The notes beneath the pieces were generated by a model. It was not told the origin of the DNA and searched no databases. It saw only the letters and a list, made by a program, of their open reading frames with translations. Positions 1 to 8,217 of a stretch of DNA of 64,000 nucleotides are shown one piece after another. The position numbers and the translations under genes were made by a program. Position 1 is the first letter of the stretch, and the number at the start of each line of letters is the position of its first letter. Location: the IMG/VR virus record IMGVR_UViG_3300023276_001265; one strand, written 5' to 3'. Origin of the DNA: a virus.

Positions 1-3000
1 TTCTACGTCCCCAACGAGAAGAATCCAGAGCGTAAGCCGATCCGGGCGTGGTTCCCGTTCGCTGATGGAACAATGGACCACACTGTCGAAGGTGGCAAGG
101 TAGTCGCGCTCCGGGCGACACTAGACCAGTTCGACACAATGACTCGCCTACGTCCAATTTGGGGACTCAAAGACGTAATCGCGATCCGGCACAACGGGAT
201 CTTCGATGACGCATTCATCTACCTATCAAGCGGTCTCGATGAAAACATCATTGTCGAGAACATCATCGCCGACAGTATGCTCGCCGACTATGTCGCCGAC
301 GAACGACGTAAGCGTTATGGATTGAAATTGCGGGTCGAACAGGTGTTCGGGCACAAGATGACCTCATATAAGGAGGCTGCGGCCGGACAGGCCTCGTTCG
401 CGTTCGCCATGAAGAAGCCCCTTGGCGTCTACGCTTGTGACGATACGGCGTGGACCTACCGTCTCTGGCGCTGGGCCATGGAGTCGATCCGGAAACAGGA
501 TCCTCCGCGAGAGCACAAGGATCAGTGGTGTTCTCCGCTAGACGATACGCCTGGAATCTACAGCGACCTGGAGAAGGTCTTCTGGAAGATTGAAATGAGA
601 ATCCAGCGGATCCTCATGGAGATGGAGATCACTGGCTGCTTCATCGATTGGGAGTGGTTGGTCGTCGTCCAAGAACGGCTGCAGAAGCAGAAGAAGACAA
701 TTGAGGAGGAGATCAAGGAGGAATACGGTTGGATGCCGAAGATTCGGTCGCCAAAGCAGACCTCAGACTTCCTCTACAACCCGGTCGACAAAGGTGGCAT
801 CGGGCTCCCGACCCAAGGTGTCGATTACAACGCGGTCACGGACCAATACGCGACCGGTGACAAGGCGATTAAGCACAGGGCGAGGGAATTCCCCGTCGTT
901 GCAAAGATCCTCAAATACAGGTCCCTAGGCGTTGTCGAGAGCTCGTTCTGTCAGAAGCTAATCGGACTGGCCCAGGCAGAGACCAGGATCTACGCACGCT
1001 TCAGGCAGACCGGCACGGTCATCGGTCGTCTGAGTTGTCTTTCCGGAATGTCAATGCTCTCTATACGCCTGAATGGGGCGAATCTAAGGCGTTTAGTCAA
1101 ACTCTCAGAACTTGGTCAGTTTATCGGATCTGATGTTAGGATCATCACTCATAAGGGTCGTGAGCGCCGCGTGTTGAATCTGTTCAACAAGGGGCCAGGC
1201 CTGATGTTTGAGGTGGTGGCGGATGACGGCAGCAAAATCAGATGCACAAGAGACCACAAATTTTTCACCAACTCCGGGTGGCGTGCTCTCAAGGACATCA
1301 AACGAGGGGACAGACTGCTTCGAGCCGAGGTATGTGAGGCTCAGGAAGCCGATAAGAGGCAGGCGGTGGGTGCTGGATCGACCGTCGTTCTTCAAGGTGT
1401 TCGTGGACGACAAGAGGCCGGTTTACAAGAAGTCGAAAATCTATGGTCTGACGGATGGGATTGCACTCACGTGCAAGGCGATCTACGGCTGGGAGATCGA
1501 TGTGTTCCGAGGCCGTTCGAGGCGACGTCCGGACTTAGACGAGATACTTCCACTTGCACCGACATGGGTGCGACGAGACAAGTGCAAAGGCTTCATACTC
1601 TCCAGGGAGTCGTTCAAGGAGATCTTCGTAGACAGCGACCTGACGCAGGAGAAGGCGAAGAAGACCTACGGGATATCTCACCAGGCCATGATCCGGGCCG
1701 TGAAGACTTACAAGGAGTTCCACGACCCACTGGCGATGAAGCACGGACGACTCCTGAGCGCGGCCAAACGGAAGGAGGAGGCGTTCTTTCCAAAGTCGGC
1801 TTTGGTGGAGGAGATGTCAGAGGGGAGATCCCCTCAAGAGATCGCGGCCAAGTTCGGCGTGGGGGAGTCGATTATTTTGATGGACATGTACCACCACGGA
1901 GTATCCGCGAACCCTCACGGAACCATGTCGTGGGTGAGCCGATTGACGGACAGCGAGTACTTGGCACTGGTCGCACTGAACCCACGAATAGGAGAGCTTC
2001 CAACGGACCCGAAGATGGCTTTCACCGAGCTGGTGGAGGCCTATCAGAGGCTGATGCAACTAGCCCACTCGGTCAAGCAGAGCGGATCGATCATGGGGGC
2101 GTTGATCGAGAGGGGGACGATCGAGAAGGATCATCTAACGTTCGCTTCAAATCGGGCGGAGATGAGGCTGTCCCGTGCGCTGACGGCGGTTGGAATCCAG
2201 CATCGGCGACTATTCCATTTCTACAAGAACTGGCAGGCCGACTTCGCCTGGATAGATCAGAAACTACTGGTCGAGGTAGATGGCGCGTGGCACCAGAAGT
2301 GTGCTGCTACCAAGGATCGGGATCAGAAGAAGACAAAGAAGGCGAAGGAGCTTGGTTACCGAGTAGTGAGGTTCACCACCAAGCAGGTCGACAAGAACCT
2401 TCCTACGGTGATTCGGGAGATCGCGTTCGAACTTGGACACGAGTTACCAGCATCACTCCAGTCAGCGTCGAAGATGTCTGGGACCTCACCGTAGAGGGGG
2501 ATCACAGTTATCTAGCTCACGGGTTTGTCAACAAAAACAGTGCGGACCCCGTCAACCTGATGAACCAGCCACGAGAAAAGGACCTGATCCGCAAGGCGTT
2601 CTGCGCTCACCTTGAAGATGACTACGACGATGATCGCAACGAGCTAACGCTGATCGATGCTGACTACGGGCAAATGGAACTGCGCATGGCAGCTCACCTC
2701 GCCCGTGAGAAGAACATGATCGAGGTCTTCTCGGCGGTTGATGGGTGTGAGGCTGGTCCCGACGGTGGTCCGTGCGAGCGATACACGTTCCACGAGTGCT
2801 TCGCCTGTCACACGTGCCAGCCTCCAATTGAGCTCCCTGACGGCACCATGTCCTGCATTAAGTGCGGGGCTACAGGAGGAGACATTGAACATCAGAAGCG
2901 GTGTCGTCACGTAGATCCTCACCAGCGAACGTCAGAGGACGTAGGCGTCCCTCGAAACCCTCTCGCTAAGTGTTTAGACGGGTCAACGCTGCTTCTGGGC

Positions 3001-4743
3001 ATGCAGCCCGGTAATGGCAAGTGTTGGATTCAACCAACGACGATTGAGGACTTGGTGGGCGATATCGAGCCCAACGAACATCGACACGTGCCTGTGACCA
3101 CCGTGACGACATCTGAGGGGCTGGCCACGGCTCACACTGCGCTCAAGCGTCACAACAAGCAGACGAAGATCATCATTACTAGACGCGCTATTGTGATTGC
3201 TACCGTCGATCATAGGTTCCAGGTGCTCGGAGAGCATGGAGCGTTAGACCCTAACACGCCGAGTTATGTGCACGTTCCTGGGCGCAGCCTTGTAGAGGCC
3301 CAAAACCTCGAAAAGGGTATGAAGCTCCCCTTCATCGATATGGGGCATGAACAATCGATGGACCCCATGTGGCACCAGACAGGTCGTCATGGTGCGCTGG
3401 AGATCAATCCGTTCACCAAGGAGGTCCAGGAGGGAGGACCGGCCACCATCGTCCTTGATGAGAAGTGGGCCTACTTTGCAGGAATCTTCGCCGGGGACGG
3501 CTGCGCGTCCGGAAACTCGTGTTCCATCTCTCACGGACATACGCCGGAATACAAGGAGTGGCGGGACACAGTTCGAGAGGCTTGTGATGCCGTAGGGCTT
3601 CCCACCTCAATGCGAGGGGACAAGCGTCAGACAGCGATCGGCTCACGCGTCGTTCGTCGCTACCTCTCTGGTCTGAGGATCTGTGAGGAACTCGGCAAGG
3701 GTGACCAGGGCGCGAAGATCATGCGTGTCCCGCCGTGGGTCCTCAGTGGCGGACCGAAGATGATGTGGTCCTACATCGCTGGCATCTTCGATACCGATGG
3801 AACGGTCGGTAAAAAGAAGGCTGGGACGGCCAGCTTCACTACGAAGTCCCCCGAATTCGCCGGTCAAATGGCCTTCATGCTTCGCTGGCTTGGGATGCCT
3901 GTCCTCTGCCAGCCAGGGTTCAACAAGACCTACGAGCGGTGGTACTACACGGTTCATGTTTTGGGAGAGGGTATTGAGCGGTTCGCTCGACACTGCCCAA
4001 TGCGGCTCAAGGAGAAGGTTGACCGGCTCCACGAGAGGGCCGCAACTATCAAGCGTAAGTGTGCACCTACTAACGATGAGGTGATTGCCGTCATTGATGG
4101 CGGCGAACGGACGGTCTACGACTTCCAGATCGACACGGAGGACCACCTCTACAATCAGGGCGGCTTGGTCGGTCACAATAATGCTAATTTCGGACTTTTG
4201 TACAGAATGGGTGCGCCAAAGTTCTGCGTGTATGCAGGGTTGTTTGATGAGGACGGCAAGCCCCGTGTCGGCTACGGACAAGAGTTGATCGAGAAGTGGC
4301 ACGCGGCTTACCCTGGCATCGCTGCTTGGCACGAGCGGGTTCTTCATCAGCTGTGCGTCGACAACTACATCGCCTACACCATTACGAGACGCAGACGTCG
4401 CCTCGACATTGAGTGGAAGAAGAACGATTACCGGGCAGGAACCCAGGCCATTCAGTTCAAGGTTTCAGGCAGCTGCCAGGACCTCATCAAGCTGGCCATG
4501 ATCAAGCTCTTCGAGGTGCGGAATCAAAAGGTCGCGAACACGCCTCCAGCTGAGTCGCGGCTCTGGAAGAAGTTCCGCTTCATGATCCAGGTCCACGACG
4601 AGTTGATCTTCGAAGGTCCGAAGGCGATGAAAGAGGAGCTCTGCCTCCTGGTCAAGGAGTGCATGGAGGGCGCAGCCAAGGGCATGCGTATTCCCTTCGT
4701 CGCTGATGCGCGGGCCGGGAGGACCTGGGATGAGCTACACTAG
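1..4743 (+). CDS. polA: Family A DNA polymerase (3'-5' exonuclease + polymerase) precursor with two inteins; 5' end outside the window
   Basis: Frame is open from base 1 (ORF track starts at internal ATG 73). ExoII HNGIFD, ExoIII YACDD, TGTVIGRLS|S, motif A DADYGQMELR, motif B AK|NANFGLLY, motif C QVHDEL. Confidence 0.95.
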   Translation, partial: FYVPNEKNPERKPIRAWFPFADGTMDHTVEGGKVVALRATLDQFDTMTRLRPIWGLKDVIAIRHNGIFDDAFIYLSSGLDENIIVENIIADSMLADYVADERRKRYGLKLRVEQVFGHKMTSYKEAAAGQASFAFAMKKPLGVYACDDTAWTYRLWRWAMESIRKQDPPREHKDQWCSPLDDTPGIYSDLEKVFWKIEMRIQRILMEMEITGCFIDWEWLVVVQERLQKQKKTIEEEIKEEYGWMPKIRSPKQTSDFLYNPVDKGGIGLPTQGVDYNAVTDQYATGDKAIKHRAREFPVVAKILKYRSLGVVESSFCQKLIGLAQAETRIYARFRQTGTVIGRLSCLSGMSMLSIRLNGANLRRLVKLSELGQFIGSDVRIITHKGRERRVLNLFNKGPGLMFEVVADDGSKIRCTRDHKFFTNSGWRALKDIKRGDRLLRAEVCEAQEADKRQAVGAGSTVVLQGVRGRQEAGLQEVENLWSDGWDCTHVQGDLRLGDRCVPRPFEATSGLRRDTSTCTDMGATRQVQRLHTLQGVVQGDLRRQRPDAGEGEEDLRDISPGHDPGREDLQGVPRPTGDEARTTPERGQTEGGGVLSKVGFGGGDVRGEIPSRDRGQVRRGGVDYFDGHVPPRSIREPSRNHVVGEPIDGQRVLGTGRTEPTNRRASNGPEDGFHRAGGGLSEADATSPLGQAERIDHGGVDREGDDREGSSNVRFKSGGDEAVPCADGGWNPASATIPFLQELAGRLRLDRSETTGRGRWRVAPEVCCYQGSGSEEDKEGEGAWLPSSEVHHQAGRQEPSYGDSGDRVRTWTRVTSITPVSVEDVWDLTVEGDHSYLAHGFVNKNSADPVNLMNQPREKDLIRKAFCAHLEDDYDDDRNELTLIDADYGQMELRMAAHLAREKNMIEVFSAVDGCEAGPDGGPCERYTFHECFACHTCQPPIELPDGTMSCIKCGATGGDIEHQKRCRHVDPHQRTSEDVGVPRNPLAKCLDGSTLLLGMQPGNGKCWIQPTTIEDLVGDIEPNEHRHVPVTTVTTSEGLATAHTALKRHNKQTKIIITRRAIVIATVDHRFQVLGEHGALDPNTPSYVHVPGRSLVEAQNLEKGMKLPFIDMGHEQSMDPMWHQTGRHGALEINPFTKEVQEGGPATIVLDEKWAYFAGIFAGDGCASGNSCSISHGHTPEYKEWRDTVREACDAVGLPTSMRGDKRQTAIGSRVVRRYLSGLRICEELGKGDQGAKIMRVPPWVLSGGPKMMWSYIAGIFDTDGTVGKKKAGTASFTTKSPEFAGQMAFMLRWLGMPVLCQPGFNKTYERWYYTVHVLGEGIERFARHCPMRLKEKVDRLHERAATIKRKCAPTNDEVIAVIDGGERTVYDFQIDTEDHLYNQGGLVGHNNANFGLLYRMGAPKFCVYAGLFDEDGKPRVGYGQELIEKWHAAYPGIAAWHERVLHQLCVDNYIAYTITRRRRRLDIEWKKNDYRAGTQAIQFKVSGSCQDLIKLAMIKLFEVRNQKVANTPPAESRLWKKFRFMIQVHDELIFEGPKAMKEELCLLVKECMEGAAKGMRIPFVADARAGRTWDELH
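1036..2538 (+). mobile_element. Intein 1 in polA (501 aa); in-frame centre has no recognisable domain, endonuclease is in another frame
   Basis: GRLS|CLSG at 1036; block B CTRDHKF; block F/G VWDLTVEGDHSYLAHGFVNKN|S ending at 2538; removal restores GRLSSADPVNLMNQP. Confidence 0.92.
1208..2494 (+). CDS. Vsr/DUF559-like PD-(D/E)XK endonuclease with HTH motifs, nested in the +1 frame inside intein 1 (true start uncertain)
   Basis: C-terminus EMRLSRAL..GI...QADFAW....LVEVDGAWH......RD......GYRVVRF; upstream HTH-like segments (TQEKAKKTYGIS, SPQEIAAKFGVG). Confidence 0.85.
   Translation: MRWWRMTAAKSDAQETTNFSPTPGGVLSRTSNEGTDCFEPRYVRLRKPIRGRRWVLDRPSFFKVFVDDKRPVYKKSKIYGLTDGIALTCKAIYGWEIDVFRGRSRRRPDLDEILPLAPTWVRRDKCKGFILSRESFKEIFVDSDLTQEKAKKTYGISHQAMIRAVKTYKEFHDPLAMKHGRLLSAAKRKEEAFFPKSALVEEMSEGRSPQEIAAKFGVGESIILMDMYHHGVSANPHGTMSWVSRLTDSEYLALVALNPRIGELPTDPKMAFTELVEAYQRLMQLAHSVKQSGSIMGALIERGTIEKDHLTFASNRAEMRLSRALTAVGIQHRRLFHFYKNWQADFAWIDQKLLVEVDGAWHQKCAATKDRDQKKTKKAKELGYRVVRFTTKQVDKNLPTVIREIAFELGHELPASLQSASKMSGTSP
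2971..4179 (+). mobile_element. Intein 2 in polA motif B (403 aa) with LAGLIDADG endonuclease; +1 residue is Asn
   Basis: LAK|CLDGST at 2971; block B ATVDHRF; LAGLIDADG motifs YFAGIFAGDG and YIAGIFDTDG; end VYDFQI...LVGHN|NANFG. Confidence 0.92.
4717..4742 (+). repeat. 26-bp direct repeat, copy 1 (polA 3' end)
   Basis: GGGAGGACCTGGGATGAGCTACACTA, identical to 5729-5754. Confidence 0.9.
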
Positions 4744-4791
4744 ATAAGGACTTACGTTAAAAGGACATACGGAGATCCTCAAATCAGGACC

Positions 4792-4839
4792 TTGATGTTG
4801 CAAACTACGACTGGTATCGTCTTCATTGATAGGAGACGA
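4792..4839 (+). promoter_or_regulatory. Sigma70-like promoter overlapping an RBS-sequestering hairpin of the HNH gene
   Basis: TTGATG(4792)-N17-TATCGT(4815); TCGTCTTC (4817-4824) pairs with GGAGACGA (4832-4839), covering the SD. Confidence 0.5.
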
Positions 4840-4842
4840 CTG

Positions 4843-5541
4843 ATGGGTAGGAAACCAGGAACGTGGGTTACAGCAAAGGGCTACAGCATCCTCAACGCAG
4901 ATCGTGAGGAGATCATTCGACGGGTGCTGACGAGAGAGACGCTGGAATCAATCGCGTCGGACTACGACACGTCCTACACCAACCTCTACCGATGGCTCGG
5001 CAAGGAGACTGACGTATTTGAGCGCGAGCTCACGTGCGTATTAGTCGAGTGCGACAACACGTTTCCATTCAAGGGGCGTCAACTCGCTTGTTGCAGAAAG
5101 CACATCAAACGATACTGCGCCAGGGGAGGTCCTGGTGAGTTTCGTCCGTGCTCTTTCCCTGAGTGCGATGAACCTGTGCTAGTCCCGACGCCAAACCCAG
5201 ATCGTCTCTGGTGGTGTGGAAAGCGGCACAGTGATATTCACCACCAGCGTGCAGCTAATGGCTTCTACGAGCGTCTACTGGGCGCTACACAACAGTGTGT
5301 TGGGAGACTGATCTCCGGAAAGCGCTGCTCCGAGCACATGTGTATCGATGTGCACCACACGGTCTTCACCAAGAAGGGCAGCGACAAGTCGAGCCCCGAG
5401 ATCTTTCTCTGTCCGACGCACCACCAGGCCATTCACCGGGGAATGGCGGTATACAAGGATGGAGAATATCGGTGGATCGTCGGAGAGATCCTCGAAGGAT
5501 TGCGGTCTAAGCACCCGGTGTTGGTAGAGGAGCTTCACTAA
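4843..5541 (+). CDS. Free-standing HNH endonuclease with N-terminal HTH and Cys-rich repeats
   Basis: AGGAG before ATG 4843; HTH TLESIASDYDTSYTNLYRWL; C-terminal IDVHH...LCPTHHQAIH; ends EELH* like polA DELH*. Confidence 0.75.
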   Translation: MGRKPGTWVTAKGYSILNADREEIIRRVLTRETLESIASDYDTSYTNLYRWLGKETDVFERELTCVLVECDNTFPFKGRQLACCRKHIKRYCARGGPGEFRPCSFPECDEPVLVPTPNPDRLWWCGKRHSDIHHQRAANGFYERLLGATQQCVGRLISGKRCSEHMCIDVHHTVFTKKGSDKSSPEIFLCPTHHQAIHRGMAVYKDGEYRWIVGEILEGLRSKHPVLVEELH

Positions 5542-5745
5542 ATGACGCCAGAAGAATCAAATCGCCTACACCTTGACTGGTGGGGGCAGTGTCGAACCTG
5601 CAAGCATTGGCAGGCGCCCGAAGAGAGGCCAAATCTCGGAAGTTGGGCCTGCGGGAACGAGAAGTCTCCGCTCCACCAAAATCTGACGCAGTCGGGTGGT
5701 CAGTGCGAGGAGTGGGAATCGTTTGACGGGGAGGACCTGGGATGA
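5542..5745 (+). CDS. Small Cys-rich hypothetical protein
   Basis: ATG directly after the upstream stop; CRTCKHW...C...C pattern. Confidence 0.6.
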   Translation: MTPEESNRLHLDWWGQCRTCKHWQAPEERPNLGSWACGNEKSPLHQNLTQSGGQCEEWESFDGEDLG

Positions 5746-5754
5746 GCTACACTA
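5729..5754 (+). repeat. 26-bp direct repeat, copy 2 (duplicate of the polA 3' end)
   Basis: Identical to 4717-4742; not in frame with the ORF it overlaps. Confidence 0.9.
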
Positions 5755-5789
5755 AGTGCTTATAGCGCAGAGACATACAGGAGTTTGAG

Positions 5790-6011
5790 ATGAAACAAGA
5801 GTTCTACAGGCAATGCAAGTTCAAGTCGGGCGACTCGGAGACCGTAGCCTGGGTCGACGAAAAGGGAGTTGAGGTCGGCGGCAAGGTGGCCTTCAAGGCC
5901 CAACCTGATAAGTGGTGGGAGGTCTTGTCGATGGGAGAGCACCGGATCACCAAGCAGCAGGCCAAGAACCTGGAACGAAGGAACGTGCAGTTCCAAGTGT
6001 CCATCAAGTAG
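5790..6011 (+). CDS. Hypothetical protein
   Basis: AGGAG SD, ATG, phage-like composition. Confidence 0.6.
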   Translation: MKQEFYRQCKFKSGDSETVAWVDEKGVEVGGKVAFKAQPDKWWEVLSMGEHRITKQQAKNLERRNVQFQVSIK

Positions 6012-6015
6012 TCCG

Positions 6016-6192
6016 ATGCGTCTTAAGTTCAAGGAAGTCCGAGTTATTGTCGATGGGTGCGATCACTACAAGCACGGCATCGAGCCCATTCCGGGGAAGA
6101 TTGAGTTGGACGGGATCTATCGCTGTAAGCGATGCAAAGCCGTCTGTCTGAACTACTGGGCACTACACGACGACATCATGAAACGAGGATAG
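6016..6192 (+). CDS. Small hypothetical protein (CxH/CxxC)
   Basis: Tightly packed ORF; ATG 6016 is in frame with the tracked ORF 5869-6192. Confidence 0.45.
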   Translation: MRLKFKEVRVIVDGCDHYKHGIEPIPGKIELDGIYRCKRCKAVCLNYWALHDDIMKRG

Positions 6193-6193
6193 C

Positions 6194-6400
6194 GTGACGA
6201 TCGATGAGGGGCTGGACGATCCGCATATTATGCGTTTAGTCTATGCCGCCCACGCTGCGTGGTGCAAAGAGCTCAGGCAGCAGGGTAGAAAGGTGTCCTC
6301 TCATTACGAGAGTATTCCTGCCCATCCAAGAGAGTGCTTGCGACTAAACGTCGCATCCGTTCTCGCGGTCCTAAACTTGGAGACGAGCCCTGATGCGTAA
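6194..6400 (+). CDS. Hypothetical protein
   Basis: GAGG SD, packed between neighbours. Confidence 0.45.
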   Translation: MTIDEGLDDPHIMRLVYAAHAAWCKELRQQGRKVSSHYESIPAHPRECLRLNVASVLAVLNLETSPDA

Positions 6401-6578
6401 AAAACCACTCTTTGTCCTCCTGTCGTGTCAGCTGTTGATACTAGTCACGGTCCTGGCGGCAAACTCCTCGGCCAAACGGATCGAACCTGTCTACACTCCA
6501 TCCAAAGAGCACTGCCCTTTGGATCCGTTTGATACCGATGAAGACTGGGAGAATGATGGCCAACCTGAACATCGCTGA
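6393..6578 (+). CDS. Small protein with N-terminal hydrophobic segment
   Basis: MRKKPLFVLLSCQLLILVTVLAA; overlaps the upstream stop. Confidence 0.4.
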   Translation: MRKKPLFVLLSCQLLILVTVLAANSSAKRIEPVYTPSKEHCPLDPFDTDEDWENDGQPEHR

Positions 6579-6762
6579 TATGCGGACCAAGAACGTCCAG
6601 AACAGGTTCCGCGCTCTCAAGCGCAAGCGGACCAACTGCACAAGCTGTGGTCGGAGGACCATGGTCTCTGTGCGGCTGAAGATATGTCAGACCTGCTTCC
6701 ACGGTGAGGTCTTGAGCGCCAAAGAGGACATACACGCTTTGTGGGGATATGACCTCGATTAA
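6529..6762 (+). CDS. Small zinc-ribbon hypothetical protein (start uncertain)
   Basis: CTSC...CQTC. Confidence 0.45.
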   Translation: MIPMKTGRMMANLNIADMRTKNVQNRFRALKRKRTNCTSCGRRTMVSVRLKICQTCFHGEVLSAKEDIHALWGYDLD

Positions 6763-6855
6763 CCCCATTGCAAAAGCTGACACCTTCGTTCTCTGGATGA
6801 AGACACTAGACCAGGAAACCAGGACTCGCGTGCTGAACACGATCAACAGCACTTT

Positions 6856-7083
6856 TTGCGCCTACTGTGCGAGAGTCAGGGACAACTGTTGCTGTGGGAG
6901 GGCATAGCCATGGTCGAAAAGGCCATCGCCGACTACATCAAAGCGCGACACGGTATTGATGTCAGCATTCACCGCTCATCAGGTAACGGAGTCATTGAGT
7001 TTGTGGCTCAGGCTTTCAAGGCTGGGATCGAGTGGCAACGGGGCCAAAACCAGGTAAAAGAGAGTATAGAGGAACCTAAATGA
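6856..7083 (+). CDS. Hypothetical protein (start may be downstream)
   Basis: Stop overlaps the HU start (ATGA). Confidence 0.4.
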   Translation: MRLLCESQGQLLLWEGIAMVEKAIADYIKARHGIDVSIHRSSGNGVIEFVAQAFKAGIEWQRGQNQVKESIEEPK

Positions 7084-7388
7084 AGACTATGACGAAGCGT
7101 GATCTGATTGACCGTATCTGCGAGAGGCGCCCTGAGCTTCGCAAGACAGATGTGACCAACACTATCACCACATTCTTGGACACCATCGGGACTAGCCTCA
7201 CGCAGGACATGCGTGTTGAGCTACGAGATTTCGGCGTGTTCACCCCTAAGGATCGCAAGGCTCGTGTGGCCCGCAATCCCAAGACTGGAGCCCCAGTCGA
7301 GGTCAAGGCCACCAAGGTCTGCGGCTTCAAGGTGGGCAAGGCCCTCAAGACCCGCCTGGCAGAGTCCTACAAGCCATCAGCCGAGTGA
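7080..7388 (+). CDS. HU/IHF-family DNA-binding protein
   Basis: MTKRDLI...VELRDFGVF...RKARVARNPKTG...FKVGKALK. Confidence 0.95.
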   Translation: MKTMTKRDLIDRICERRPELRKTDVTNTITTFLDTIGTSLTQDMRVELRDFGVFTPKDRKARVARNPKTGAPVEVKATKVCGFKVGKALKTRLAESYKPSAE

Positions 7389-7624
7389 GTCACACCTTCG
7401 CCTGTGGGCATGAGATGAAGTCCGGTGACTTTGGAATGACCGGACACTTCGGCTGCGTCATCGACACGAGACGGGAGTGCCCTGACTGCCTCGGCTGGGA
7501 ACGCGGTGACCGCGTAGCCATGCTGAAGGAGCGGATCAAACGCCTGGAGGATCACAAGTCTGGTGGCGAAGAGGACGAGACTGAGGCAGTAGAGGACTGG
7601 GAAGAGGAGCAGGAGGAGGACTAG
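7385..7624 (+). CDS. Hypothetical protein with acidic tail
   Basis: Overlaps the HU stop; CGH...CPDC. Confidence 0.55.
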   Translation: MSHTFACGHEMKSGDFGMTGHFGCVIDTRRECPDCLGWERGDRVAMLKERIKRLEDHKSGGEEDETEAVEDWEEEQEED

Positions 7625-8163
7625 ACTGCGACTCCGCCGATGTCTCCATCTCCATCCAGGTCCTTGCCGAGCAGTTTCTCCATCATGTCCAGGCGGGCCG
7701 CGCCCTTTGCGATCTCAGTGTCTCGCTTACCATCGCTCTTAGCTGAGAACACCTGCTTGGTCAGGTAGCCACCGATCGTGGTGATGAGCAGGCCGATCGT
7801 CGCCTTCAGCCACGTCCAGAAGTCCTGAACGTCCCCCTTGAGGCCAGCCTCTTCGTCTCGGGTGACCAAGTCCTCGGTGGCTTTCTCCCACTCCTTCCGC
7901 TGCTTCTCCGCCCAAGCGTTGGCTAGGTCACCGGCCGCGAGCTTCGCAGTCTCCCGGACCTCGGCCATGTCGACCTTGCCATCGTTGTTGAGGTCGGCGA
8001 CCTTTACGAGCTTCTCGCGAGACAGTCCTCGGCGCTCCAGCTTCAGGTCAACCGCCTCGGCGATGTGGTCTACGACCGCTTCGGTGACGAACTCTCCAGT
8101 GCTTTCCTTGAAAGCACCGCAGCCGGTTGTAAGAAGCACGATTGTCAGAAGGATATGTCGCAT
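7621..8163 (-). CDS. Putative lipoprotein with EF-hand-like loops and an internal hydrophobic helix
   Basis: Signal and lipobox-like LLTTGC; DLNNDGKVD and DLDGDGDIG; WTWLKATIGLLITTIGGYL. Confidence 0.65.
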   Translation of the reverse strand: MRHILLTIVLLTTGCGAFKESTGEFVTEAVVDHIAEAVDLKLERRGLSREKLVKVADLNNDGKVDMAEVRETAKLAAGDLANAWAEKQRKEWEKATEDLVTRDEEAGLKGDVQDFWTWLKATIGLLITTIGGYLTKQVFSAKSDGKRDTEIAKGAARLDMMEKLLGKDLDGDGDIGGVAV

Positions 8164-8217
8164 GATGGCACTACCGCATCACTAGGTTAACTAGTTAAGA
8201 TACCTACAAGGACATCA

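Noticed and set aside
1330-2430. The in-frame intein centre as a novel protein domain
   Set aside because: Its composition is typical of off-frame translation, and the +1 frame carries recognisable motifs.
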